This document shows, piece after piece, positions 51,755-64,000 of a DNA stretch of 64,000 nucleotides; positions within the stretch are counted from its first letter, which is position 1; each line of letters starts with the position of its first letter. The DNA is from Eledone cirrhosa. Lineage: Eukaryota. The DNA is taken from positions 15,996,001-16,060,000 of the forward strand of contig OZ024753.1 of the NCBI GenBank assembly GCA_964016885.1, in the 5' to 3' direction. Below the pieces are notes generated by a model. It made no database searches, was not told where the DNA came from, and saw nothing but the letters and a program-made list of their open reading frames with translations. The translations under genes and the position numbers were made by a program.

Positions 51755-53880
51755 GGAGAGTTACAACCTCTATATGTAGTTTATCACAAGAGAGTTACAC
51801 ATAAATGTAGTGTATATAGAGGAGAGTTATAACATCTCTGTAAAAGACTTACAACAACTACATGTATTTAATAATACAGATGAGAGTTACATCTATATGT
51901 AGTCCATTATATTGAGAAGATAGTTATAATATCTGTATGTAGTTCATAGTGTAGAGGAGAGAGTTACAACATTTATATATAGTCCATAATGTAGAGGAGA
52001 GAGTTACAACATTTATATATAGTTCCTAATGTAGAGGAGAGAGTTACAAACTTTATATATAGTTCCTAATGTAGAGAAGAGAGTTACAACATTTATATAT
52101 AGTTCCTAATGTAGACAAGAGAGTTACAACATTTATATATAGTTCCTAATGTAGACAAAAGAGTTACAACATTTATATATAGTTCATAATTGTTTCTACG
52201 TTAGGCACAAGGCCAGCAATTACCCAGTGCATTACTGGTACTTTATTTTATCGACCCCATAAGGATGAAAGGCAAAGTTAACCTCGGCGGGATTTGAACT
52301 CAGAATGGCAAGAGAGTTACAACATCTATATATAGTTCATAATGTAGATGAGAGAGTTACAACATTTATATGTAGTTCATAATGTAGACAAGAGAGTTAC
52401 AACATCTATATATAGGTCCTAATGTAGAGGAGAGAGTTACAACATCTATATATAGTTCATAATGTAGAGAAGAGAGTTACAACATTTATATATAGTTCCT
52501 AATGTAGACAAAAGCGTTACATTTATATATAGTTCCTAATGTAGACAAGAGAGTTACAACATTTATATGTAGTCCATAATGTAGAGAATTATAACCTGTA
52601 TATGGAGTTTGTAGCGTAGCTGTTCTTGTCATCATTAGTGGTTTGCCTTACCAATGTATCAGGTGATACTCGTGAAGGTACTTGGTTGTTTCAGAAGCTT
52701 AGCCCTGCCATCACCCATGGTAATGCTCCAAGCATGCTAGCTTGCCTCAAACATTTCTGATGACCCTTGTGGTGTGTCACTGATTGATGTTTTTTTTTCT
52801 CTCACTTTGATTATATATTTTTATGTATTATATTTATAAGGCTCTTAGCAATAACTGATTGATTATATGTATTTCTATTTAATCATATATATTTGTTATA
52901 CAAAAATATAAATTAACTGCAGTTTATACCATAAAAAGGATTAAAAAAACCTGTTACAACTTCTACATATATTTATTAATGTAGAAGAGAGAGTTACATC
53001 TAGTTTACAAGTGTTACAACTTGTACATATATTTATTAATGTAGAAGAGAGAGTTACATCTAGTTTACAAGTGTTACAACTTGTACATATATTTATTAAT
53101 GTAGAAGAGAGAGTTACATCTAGTTTACAAGTGTTACAACTTGTACATATATTTATTAATGTAGAAGAGAGAGTTACATCTAGTTTATAAGTGTTACAAC
53201 TTGTACATATATTTATTAATGTAGAAGAGAGAGTTACAACCTCTATATATAGTTCATATTGTAGAAGAGAGAGAGTTACAACCTCTATATGTAGTTTATA
53301 CAGTGAAAGAGAGTTACAACCTGTATATGTAGTTTATACAGTGACAACCTCTATATGTGGTTCATATTGTAGAAGAGAGAGTTATAACCTCTATATCTAG
53401 TTCATATTGTAGAAGAGAGAGTTACAACCTCTATATATGGTTCATATTGTCGAAGAGAGAGTTACAACTTCTATATGTAGTTCATATTGTATAAGAGAGA
53501 GTTACAACCTCTATATGTAGTTCATACAGTGTAAGAGAGTTACAACCTCTATATGTAATTCATATTGTAGAAGAGAGAGTTACAACCTCTATATGTAGTT
53601 CATGCTGTGTAAGAGAGAGTTACAGCCTCTATATAAAAGTGTTACAATCTCTAAATGTAAGTCATAATGTGGAGAGCTACAATGTCTATATGTAGTTCAT
53701 ATCAAGAGCAGAGTGTTTCCACCTCCATATAAGAGAGCTACAATGTCTATATGTAATTCATAAAAACAGAAGAGTGTTCCAACCTCCATATAAGAGAGCT
53801 ACAATGTCTATATGTAGATCATATCAAGAGAAGAGTGTTTCCACCTCTACATAAGAGGGCTACAATATCAATATGTAGTT
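51755..53880. repeat. Degenerate ~39-40-bp minisatellite (GAGAGTTACAACATTTATATATAGTTCCTAATGTAGA…) with 60-bp and ~64-bp derivative blocks and a unique gap at ~52620-52950
   Basis: AGAGTTACAAC anchor recurs throughout. Near-exact 60-bp period at 52953-53238. Confidence 0.9.
52187..52312 (-). mobile_element. 5'-truncated SINE, family M, inserted in the minisatellite
   Basis: Reverse complement of ~12248-12369. Confidence 0.9.
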
Positions 53881-54506
53881 CAGAACATGCGACACACTGC
53901 CTGTGTGACTTGCTTTAACCAAGTCCTACTCTGCTGAACTACAGAGCTTAATTAGGGAATATATATATCAAGAAATAAGTTTGTTCTGGCTAAAGGCAAA
54001 TACAAATGGTAGAGAAATGTGTTCGTTAGTTTGACTTGATTGGTTATCAGCAGGAAGTATAACATACTGAGACGAAAGATGAATAAATACAGTTCAGAAA
54101 TGTCTAGTTGGTGTGTGAATGTTAAGAACATCTTAAAAGAAAGTATATTACACACACAAATGAAATGTTGAAATAACACTTTTGAATCAAGGCTTGATTT
54201 TTTTTTTTTTTTTTTTTTTTTTTAAACACATTAGTAGAATTTAACCTGTAATTATGTCTCCTGATACAGAGTGAAAAACACCTGATAAGTGAAGTTAGTG
54301 TACACATACCTGTGTGATTCAGACATTCCATTTACATATCTGTGGTTGTTGGTTTTATCACATCAGGTGGCACCTTGACTATATGTTTTCTGACAAAATC
54401 TTTGGCTGATATAGTGCCTTCATCATCAGCAGCATCACCAGGACACTGTGCATAAATTTGAAAATATTTTAGCTACATTGTAAACAGCTATGAGTAATAG
54501 TTTATA

Positions 54507-54811
54507 ATAATTGTTTCTACTTTTGGCACAAGGCCAGCAATTACCCCAGTGCATTACTGGTACTTTATTTTATCAACCATGTAAGGATGAAAGGCAAAGT
54601 TAACCTCAGCAGGATTTGAACTCAGACCATAAAGGGCCATAACTATGCTGCAAAGCAAGGCGTCTGACTCTCTACCGATTCTGCCATGATTTCTGATTTA
54701 GGCACAAGGGCAACAATTTTAATGGAGGGGAAAGTCAATGAAATCAACCTCAATGCATTACTGGTACTTTATTTTATCGACCCTGTAAGCATGAAAGGCA
54801 AAGTTAACCTG
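54507..54811 (-). mobile_element. Family-M SINE (54507-54685) plus an adjacent diverged SINE fragment (54686-54811)
   Basis: Reverse-complement matches to 5989-6180. Confidence 0.85.
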
Positions 54812-54817
54812 TTCTAT

Positions 54818-55020
54818 TTAATAATAATAATGAAATTATTGTGTACAGTACTCAGGTGCACTACAATTCATCAAAGGTGCATGTATAGTACATAGAATAA
54901 TGTACAAATGTCAGAAAAGAGAACAGTGCATAAGTCATGATATACATGTGTGTATGTGTATGGAGGGGGGATATCAGGTGTAGTGTTGGCAAACTTCAGG
55001 AAGCATAAAGGTTTTAAAAG
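54818..55020 (-). mobile_element. 3' end of a LINE, probably CR1/L2-type
   Basis: The minus strand ends a frame …FKTFMLPEVCQHYT*, then 3' UTR and an (ATT)n tail. The same terminus is at 5933-5986. Confidence 0.6.
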
Positions 55021-55198
55021 AGTTTTTGTCTATGATTTTAAAAAAACTGAACTGCTATCATTGTTGAAAGGTTAAGAAGACATCAATCAAATATTGATAG
55101 ACAATTGTAATTATTGGAAATTACAGTAATAAAATGATAATTATTCAAAGTGTGAAATTACTGGATAAATCCCATTTGCCTCAGAGGAATGAAAACTA

Positions 55199-55450
55199 AT
55201 CATCATCATCATCATCATTTAACATCCATTTTCCATGCTATCATGGGTTAGATGGGCTGTACCATTAGAGGCAAGTTGGATCAGGTTACCATATCGTGTT
55301 CAGACAGAACTGTTTCTGGGTAAATTTCTATGGATGGATACCCTTCCTTACACCAACCTCGGTGGGATTTGAATGCAGAACGTAAAGGGTCATAACTATA
55401 TGTCACTAAGCATATTGTCCAACACTCGACCGGCTCTTACAATCCACCAC
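55199..55450 (-). mobile_element. Junction of a family-M SINE 5' half (~55355-55450) with an RTE-type tail (55199-~55358)
   Basis: …CCTTACACCAACC|TCGGTGGGATTTGAA…, with AACC shared at the join. Confidence 0.6.
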
Positions 55451-55740
55451 ACTAATAGTTTGTAATAATAAAAGGTAGTTTAAATTAGATATAGATAAAA
55501 TACTCCTGGAAAGGTAAAACAAAGTCAATAAAGACAGCTGTGAGAATCAAAAAACACAGCTCACGTATCCATGCTAAAGATAGAGAAGCCATCACAATCA
55601 TTTTAACGTTGCCATCTAGATAACTGCTCAACAATAACATGTTGCTACGGAGTAAATCCATGAGATATGTTCTCCGGGACACGATCCACAAATAGAACAT
55701 ATTTAGGTTAACTATTCAAGAAAGATTTGAAATACACATT

Positions 55741-56176
55741 GGAGGCACATGGCTTAGTGGTTAGAGCATTTGCCTTGCAATCGAAAGGTTGTGAGTTCAA
55801 TTCTCAAAACCAGTTGATGTGTTGTTTCCTTGTGCAAGACACTTATTTCACATTGCCCCAGTTTACACTGCTGTAGAAATGAGATGATTGCAATGGGGTC
55901 ACCATCATTCTACTGCAAAGTTGTCGTGGAGGTGCCACGGCAAAAGAGCACCCAGCCCACATTGTTAAGTGGTCGTGGAGGCGCCATGGCAAATAAAGCA
56001 CCCAGTACTCACTGTAAATAAGGTTGGTGTTAGGAAGGGCATCCAGCTGTAGAAATCAAGCCAGAATCAGTTCCTGTATGAGCGATACAAGGTCAGCCAA
56101 CCAGACTCTGCCCACAGCAGGACAACCTGTTCTACGCATGCTAGCGTGGAAGAACGGACGTAAAACGATGATGATG
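55741..56176 (+). mobile_element. Full-length CORE-like SINE, type-B tail, two internal ~48-bp units
   Basis: Its 3' ~265 bp are colinear with the LINE 3' UTR at 7478-7750 (minus strand). Confidence 0.92.
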
Positions 56177-56177
56177 A

Positions 56178-59100
56178 TTATCACCTCCATCAACAGGTTT
56201 CAGCCCCTATCACTGAACTACACATTATCACCTCCATCAACAGGTTTCAGTCCCTATCACTGAACTACACATTATCACCTCCATCAACAGGTTTCAGCCC
56301 CTATCACTGAACTACACATTAACAACTCCATCAACAGGTTTCAGCCCCTATCACTGAACTACACATTATTACCTCCATCAACAGGTTTCAGCCCCTATTA
56401 TTGAACTACACATTATCGCCTCCATCAACAGGTTTCAGCCCCTATCACTCAACTACACATTATCACCTCCATCAACAGGTTTAAGCCCCTATCACTGAAC
56501 TACACATTATCACCTCCATCAACAGGTTTCAGCCCCTATCACTGAACTACACATTATCACCTCCATCAACAGGTTTCAGCCCCTATCATTGAACTACACG
56601 TTATCACCTCCATCAACAGGTTTTAGTCCCTATTATTGAACTACACATTATCACCTCCATCAACAGGTTTCAGCCCCTATCACTGAACTACACATTATCA
56701 CCTCCATCAACAGGTTTCAGCTCCTATCACTGAACTACACATTATCACCTCCATCAACAGGTTTCAGCCTCTATCACTGAACTACACTATATGACCGCCA
56801 TCAACAAGTTTCGGCCCCTATCACTGAACTACACATTATCACCTCCATCAACAGGTATCAGCCCCTTTCACTGAGCTACACATTATCACCTCCATCAACA
56901 GGTTTCAGCCCCATTCACTGAACTACACATTATCACCTCCATCAACAGGTTTCAGACCCTATTACTGAGCTACACATTATCACCTCCATCAACAGGTTTC
57001 AGCCCCTATCACTGAACTACACACTATCAGCTCCATCAACAGGTTTCATCCCCTATCATTGAACTACACATTATCACCTCCATCAACAGGTTGAGTCCCT
57101 ATCACTAAACTACACATTAACACCTCCATCAACAGGTTTCAGCCCCTATCACTGAAGTACACATTATCACCTCCATCAACAGGTTTCAGCCCCTTTTACT
57201 GAGCTACACATTATCACCTCCATCAACAGGTTTCAGCCCCTATCACTGACCTACACATTATCACCTCCATCAACAGGTTTCAGCCCTTATCACTGAACTA
57301 CACATTATCAAATCTATCAACAGGTTTCAGGCCCTATCATTGAACTACACATTATCACCAACATCAACAGGTTTCAGCCCCTACCACTGAACTACACATT
57401 ATCACCCCCATCAACAGGTTTCGGACGCTATCATTGAACTACACATTATCACCTCCATCAACAGGTTTCAGCCCCTATCAATTAACTACACATTATCATC
57501 TCCATCAACAGGTATCAGCCCCTATAACTGAACTACACATTATCACCTCCATCAACAGGTATCAGCCCCTATCACTGAACTACACATTATCACATCCATC
57601 AACAGGTTTCAGCCCCTATCACTGAACTACACATTATCACCTCCATCAACAGGTTTCAGCCCCTATCACTGAACTACACATTATCACCTCCATCAACAGG
57701 TTTCAGCCCCTATCACTGAACTACACATTATCACTTCCATCAACAGGTTTCAGCCCCTATCACTGAAATACAAATTATCACCTTCATCAACTGGTTTCAG
57801 TCCCTATCACAGAACTACACATTATCACCTCCATCAACACGTTTCAGCCCCTATTATTGAACTACACATTATCGCCTCCATTAACAGGTTTCAGCTCCTA
57901 TCACGGAACTACACATTATCATCTCCATCAACAGGTTTCAGCCCCTATCACTGAACTACACATTATCACCTCCATCAACAGGTTTCAGCCCCTATCACTG
58001 AACTACACATTATCACCTCCATGAACACGTTTCAGCCCCTATCACTGAATTACACATTATCACCTCCATCAACATGCTTCAGCCCCTATCACTGAACTAC
58101 ACATTATCACCCCGATCAACAGGTTTCGGCCCCTATCACTGAACTACACATTATCACCCCCATCAACAGGTTTCGGACCCTATCACTGAACTACACATTA
58201 TCATCTCTATCAATAGGTTTCGGACACTATCACTGAACTACACATTATCACCTCCATCAACAGGTTTCGGCCCCTATCACTGAACTACACATTATCGCCT
58301 CCATCAACAGGTTTCAGCCCCTATCATTGAACTACACATTATCACCTCCATCAAAAAGGTTTCAGCCCCTATCACTGAACTACACATTATCACCTCCATC
58401 AAAAAGGTTTCAGCCCCTATCACTGAACTACACATTATCGCCTCCATCAACAGGTTTCAGCCCCTATCACTGAACTACACATTATCGCCTCCATCAACAG
58501 GCTTCAGCCCCTATCACTAAACTACACATTATCACCTCCATCAACAGGTTTCAGCCCCTATCACTGAACTACACATTATCACCTCCATCAACAGGTTTCA
58601 GCCCCTATCACTGAACTACACATTATCACCTCCATCAACAGGTTTCAGCCCCTATCATTGAACTACACGTTATCACCTCCATCAACAGGTTTTAGTCCCT
58701 ATTATTGAACTACACATTATCACCTCCATCAACAGGTTTCAGCACCTATCACTGAACTACACATTATCACCTCCATCAACAGGTTTCAGCCCCTATCACT
58801 GAACTACACATTATCACCTCCATCAACAGGTTTCAGCCTCTATCACTGAACTACACTATATGACCGCCATCAACAAGTTTCTTCCCCTATCACTGAACTA
58901 CACATTATCACCTCCATCAACAGGTATCAGCCCCTTTCACTGAGCTACACATTATCACCTCCATCAACAGGTTTCAGCCCCTATCACTGAACTACACATT
59001 ATCACCTCCATCAACAGGTTTCAGTCCCTATTACTGAGCTACACATTATCACCTCCATCAACAGGTTTCAGTCCCTATCACTTAACTACACATTATCACC

Positions 59101-62100
59101 TCCATCAACAGGTTTCAGCCCCTATTATTGAACTACACATTATCGCCTCAATCAACAGGTTTCAGCCCCTATCACTGAACTACACACTATCAGCTCCATC
59201 AACAGGTTTCATCCCCTATCATTGAACTACACATTATCACATCCTTCAACAGGTTGAGTCCCTATCACTAAACTACACATTAACACCTCCATCAACAGGT
59301 TTCAGCCCCTATCACTGAAGTACACATTATCACCTCCATCAACAGGTTTCAGCCCCTTTTACTGAGCTACACATTATCACCTCCATCAACAGGTTTCAGC
59401 CCCTATCACTGACCTACACATTATCACCTCCATCAACAGGTTTCAGCCCTTATCACTGAACTACACATTATCAAATCTATCAACAGGTTTCAGCCCCTAT
59501 CATTGAACTACACATTATCACCAACATCAACAGGTTTCAGCCCCTATCACTGAACTACACATTATCACCCCCATCAACAGGTTTCGGACGCTATCATTGA
59601 ACTACACATTATCACCTCCATCAACAGGTTTCAGCCCCTATCGATGAACTACACATTATCATCTCCATCAACAGGTATCAGCCCCTATAACTGAACTACA
59701 CATTATCACCTCCATCAACAGGTATCAGCCCCTATCACAGAACTACACATTATCACATCCATCAACAGGTTTCAGCCCCGATCACTGAACTACACATTAT
59801 CACCTCCATCAACAGGTTTCAGCCTCTATCACTGAACTACACATTATCACCTCCATCAACAGGTTTCAGCCCCTATCACTGAACTACACATTATCACTTC
59901 CATCAACAGGTTTCAGCCCCTATCACTGAAATACAAATTATCACCTTCATCAACTGGTTTCAGTCCCTATCACAGAACTACACATTATCACTTCCATCAA
60001 CACGTTTCAGCCCCTATTATTGAACTACACATTATCGCCTCCATTAACAGGTTTCAGCTCCTATCACTGAACTACACATTATCACCTCCATCAACAGGTT
60101 TCAGCCCCTATCACTGAACTACACATTATCACCTCCATCAACAGGTTTCAGCCTCTATCACTGAATTACACATTATCACCTCCATCAACAGGCTTCAGCC
60201 TCTATCACTGAACTACACATTATCACCTCCATCAACAGGTTTCAGCCCCTATCACTGAACTACACATTATCACTTCCATCAACAGGTTTCAGCCCCTATC
60301 ACTGAACTACACATTATCACCTTCATCAACTGGTTTCAGTCCCTATCACAGAACTACACATTATCACCTCCATCAACACGTTTCAGCCCCTATTATTGAA
60401 CTACACATTATCGCCTCCATTAACAGGTTTCAGCTCCTATCACGGAACTACACATTATCATCTCCATCAACAGGTTTCAGCCCCTATCACTGAACTACAC
60501 ATTATCACCTCCATCAACAGGTTTCAGCCCCTATCACTGAACTACACATTATCACCTCCATGAACACGTTTCAGCCCCTATCACTGAATTACACATTATC
60601 ACCTCCATCAACATGCTTCAGCCCCTATCACTGAACTACACATTATCACCCCGATCAACAGGTTTCGGCCCCTATCACTGAACTACACATTATCACCCCC
60701 ATCAACAGGTTTCGGACCCTATCACTGAACTACACATTATCATCTCTATCAATAGGTTTCGGACACTATCACTGAAATACACATTATCACCTCCATCAAC
60801 AGCCTTCAGCCCCTATCACTGAACTACACATTATCACCCCGATCAACAGGTTTCGGCCCCTATCACTGAACTACACATTATCACCTCCATCAACAGGTTT
60901 CAGCTCCTATCACTGAACTACACATTAACACCTCCATCAACAGGTTTCACCCCCTATCACTGAACTACACATTATCACCTCCATCAACAGGTTTCAGCCC
61001 CTATTATTGAACTACACATTATCGCCTCCATCAACAGGTTTCAGCCCCTATCATTGAACTACACATTATCACCTCCATCAAAAAGGTTTCAGCCCCTATC
61101 ACTGAACTACACATTATCACCTCCATCAAAAAGGTTTCAGCCCCTATTACTGAACTACACATTATCGCCTCCATCAACAGGTTTCAGCCCCTATCACTGA
61201 ACTACACATTATCGCCTCCATCAACAGGCTTCAGCCCCTATCACTAAACTACACATTATCACCTCCATCAACAGGTTTCAGCCCCTATTATTGAATTACA
61301 CATTATCGCCTCAATCAACAGGTTTCAGCCCCTATCACTGAACTACACACTATCAGCTCCATCAACAGGTTTCATCCCCTATCATTGAACTACACATTAT
61401 CACCTCCTTCAACAGGTTGAGTCCCTATCACTAAACTACACATTAACACCTCCATCAACAGGTTTCAGCCCCTATCACTGAAGTACACATTATCACCTCC
61501 ATCAACAGGTTTCAGCCCCTTTTACTGAGCTACACATTATCACCTCCATCAACAGGTTTCAGCCCCTATCACTGACCTACACATTATCACCTCCATCAAC
61601 AGGTTTCAGCCCTTATCACTGAACTACACATTATCAAATCTATCAACAGGTTTCAGCCCCTATCGATGAACTACACATTATCATCTCCATCAACAGGTAT
61701 CAGCCCCTATAACTGAACTACACATTATCACCTCCATCAACAGGTATCAGCCCCTATCACTGAACTACACATTATCACATCCATCAACAGGTTTCAGCCC
61801 CGATCACTGAACTACACATTATCACCTCCATCAACAGGTTTCAGCCCCTATCACTGAACTACACATTATCACCTCCATCAACAGGTTTCAGCCCCTATCA
61901 CTGAACTACACATTATCACTTCCATCAACAGGTTTCAGCCCCTATCACTGAAATACAAATTATCACCTTCATCAACTGGTTTCAGTCCCTATCACAGAAC
62001 TACACATTATCACTTCCATCAACACGTTTCAGCCCCTATTATTGAACTACACATTATCGCCTCCATTAACAGGTTTCAGCTCCTATCACTGAACTACACA

Positions 62101-64000
62101 TTATCACCTCCATCAACAGGTTTCAGCCCCTATCACTGAACTACACATTATCACCTCCATCAACAGGTTTCAGCCCCTATCACTGAACTACACATTATCA
62201 CCTCCATCAACAGGTTTCAGCCTCTATCACTGAATTACACATTATCACCTCCATCAACAGGCTTCAGCCTCTATCACTGAACTACACATTATCACCTCCA
62301 TCAACAGGTTTCAGCCCCTATCACTGAACTACACATTATCACTTCCATCAACAGGTTTCAGCCCCTATCACTGAACTACACATTATCACCTTCATCAACT
62401 GGTTTCAGTCCCTATCACAGAACTACACATTATCACCTCCATCAACACGTTTCAGCCCCTATTATTGAACTACACATTATCGCCTCCATTAAGAGGTTTC
62501 AGCTCCTATCACGGAACTACACATTATCATCTCCATCAACAGGTTTCAGCCCCTATCACTGAACTACACATTATCACCTCCATCAACAGGTTTCAGCCCC
62601 TATCACTGAACTACACATTATCACCTCCATGAACACGTTTCAGCCCCTATCACTGAATTACACATTATCACCTCCATCAACATGCTTCAGCCCCTATCAC
62701 TGAACTACACATTATCACCCCGATCAACAGGTTTCGGCCCCTATCACTGAACTACACATTATCACCCCCATCAACAGGTTTCGGACCCTATCACTGAACT
62801 ACACATTATCATCTCTATCAATAGGTTTCGGACACTATCACTGAACTACACATTATCACCTCCATCAACAGGCTTCAGCCCCTATCACTGAACTACACAT
62901 TATCACCCCGATCAACAGGTTTCGGCCCCTATCACTGAACTACACATTATCACCTCCATCAACAGGCTTCAGCCTCTATCACTGAACTACACATTATCAC
63001 CTCCATCAACAGGTTTCAGCCCCTATCACTGAACTACACATTATCACTTCCATCAACAGGTTTCAGCCCCTATCACTGAACTACACATTATCACCTTCAT
63101 CAACTGGTTTCAGTCCCTATCACAGAACTACACATTATCACCTCCATCAACACGTTTCAGCCCCTATTATTGAACTACACATTATCGCCTCCATTAACAG
63201 GTTTCAGCTCCTATCACGGAACTACACATTATCATCTCCATCAACAGGTTTCAGCCCCTATCACTGAACTACACATTATCACCTCCATCAACAGGTTTCA
63301 GCCCCTATCAACGAACTACACATTATCACCTCCATGAACACGTTTCAGCCCCTATCACTGAACTACACATTATCACCCCGATCAACAGGTTTCGGCCCCT
63401 ATCACTGAACTACACATTATCACCCCCATCAACAGGTTTCGGACCCTATCACTGAACTACACATTATCATCTCTATCAATAGGTTTCGGACACTATCACT
63501 GAACTACACATTATCACCTCCATCAACAGGCTTCAGCCCCTATCACTGAACTACACATTATCACCCCGATCAACAGGTTTCGGCCCCTATCACTGAACTA
63601 CACATTATCACCTCCATCAACAGGTTTCAGCTCCTATCACTGAACTACACATTAACACCTCCATCAACAGGTTTCACCCCCTATCACTGAACTACACATT
63701 ATCACCTCCATCAACAGGTTTCAGCCCCTATTATTGAACTACACATTATCGCCTCCATCAACAGGTTTCAGCCCCTATCATTGAACTACACATTATCACC
63801 TCCATCAAAAAGGTTTCAGCCCCTATCACTGAACTACACATTATCACCTCCATCAAAAAGGTTTCAGCCCCTATCACTGAACTACACATTATCGCCTCCA
63901 TCAACAGGTTTCAGCCCCTATCACTGAACTACACATTATCGCCTCCATCAACAGGCTTCAGCCCCTATCACTAAACTACACATTATCACCTCCATCAACA
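56178..64000. repeat. 47-bp tandem satellite (TTATCACCTCCATCAACAGGTTTCAGCCCCTATCACTGAACTACACA), ~166 copies, with higher-order blocks; runs off the right edge
   Basis: Direct periodicity. Diagnostic variants recur at ~2.07-2.16-kb spacing. Confidence 0.98.

Noticed and set aside
55485-55738. Short unique ORF between SINEs
   Set aside because: No recognisable domain or convincing splice context.

Overview
Eukaryotic, essentially gene-free and repeat-saturated DNA. The SINE/LINE complement and (TA)n/(CA)n load resemble coleoid cephalopod (octopus-like) genomes, which is an inference from recalled families and not a database result. I could not support any host protein-coding gene: the long ORFs in the track are either translations of repeats or decayed retrotransposon ORFs. 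Large satellites are a 40-bp array (1-3045), a ~49-bp AT-rich array (~16982-25345) and a 47-bp array with ~2.1-kb higher-order structure (56178-64000). At least three RTE-clade LINE families are present; one ~3.15-kb copy is nested in another with a 12-bp TSD and a 5' inversion. Also present are two tRNA-derived SINE families, hAT and piggyBac MITEs and a Penelope-like GIY-YIG fragment. The best signals are: (1) four minimal type-I hammerhead ribozyme motifs in (TA)n-embedded cassettes, including a ~537-nt non-coding unit whose inverted copy reads across the end-to-start junction, as expected for a circular or multimeric retrozyme-like template; (2) a SINE found with two alternative 3' tails, each matching a different LINE in this window and joined at a CCCGT microhomology; (3) three minisatellites that arose inside transposons; (4) a probable ~7.8-kb inversion.
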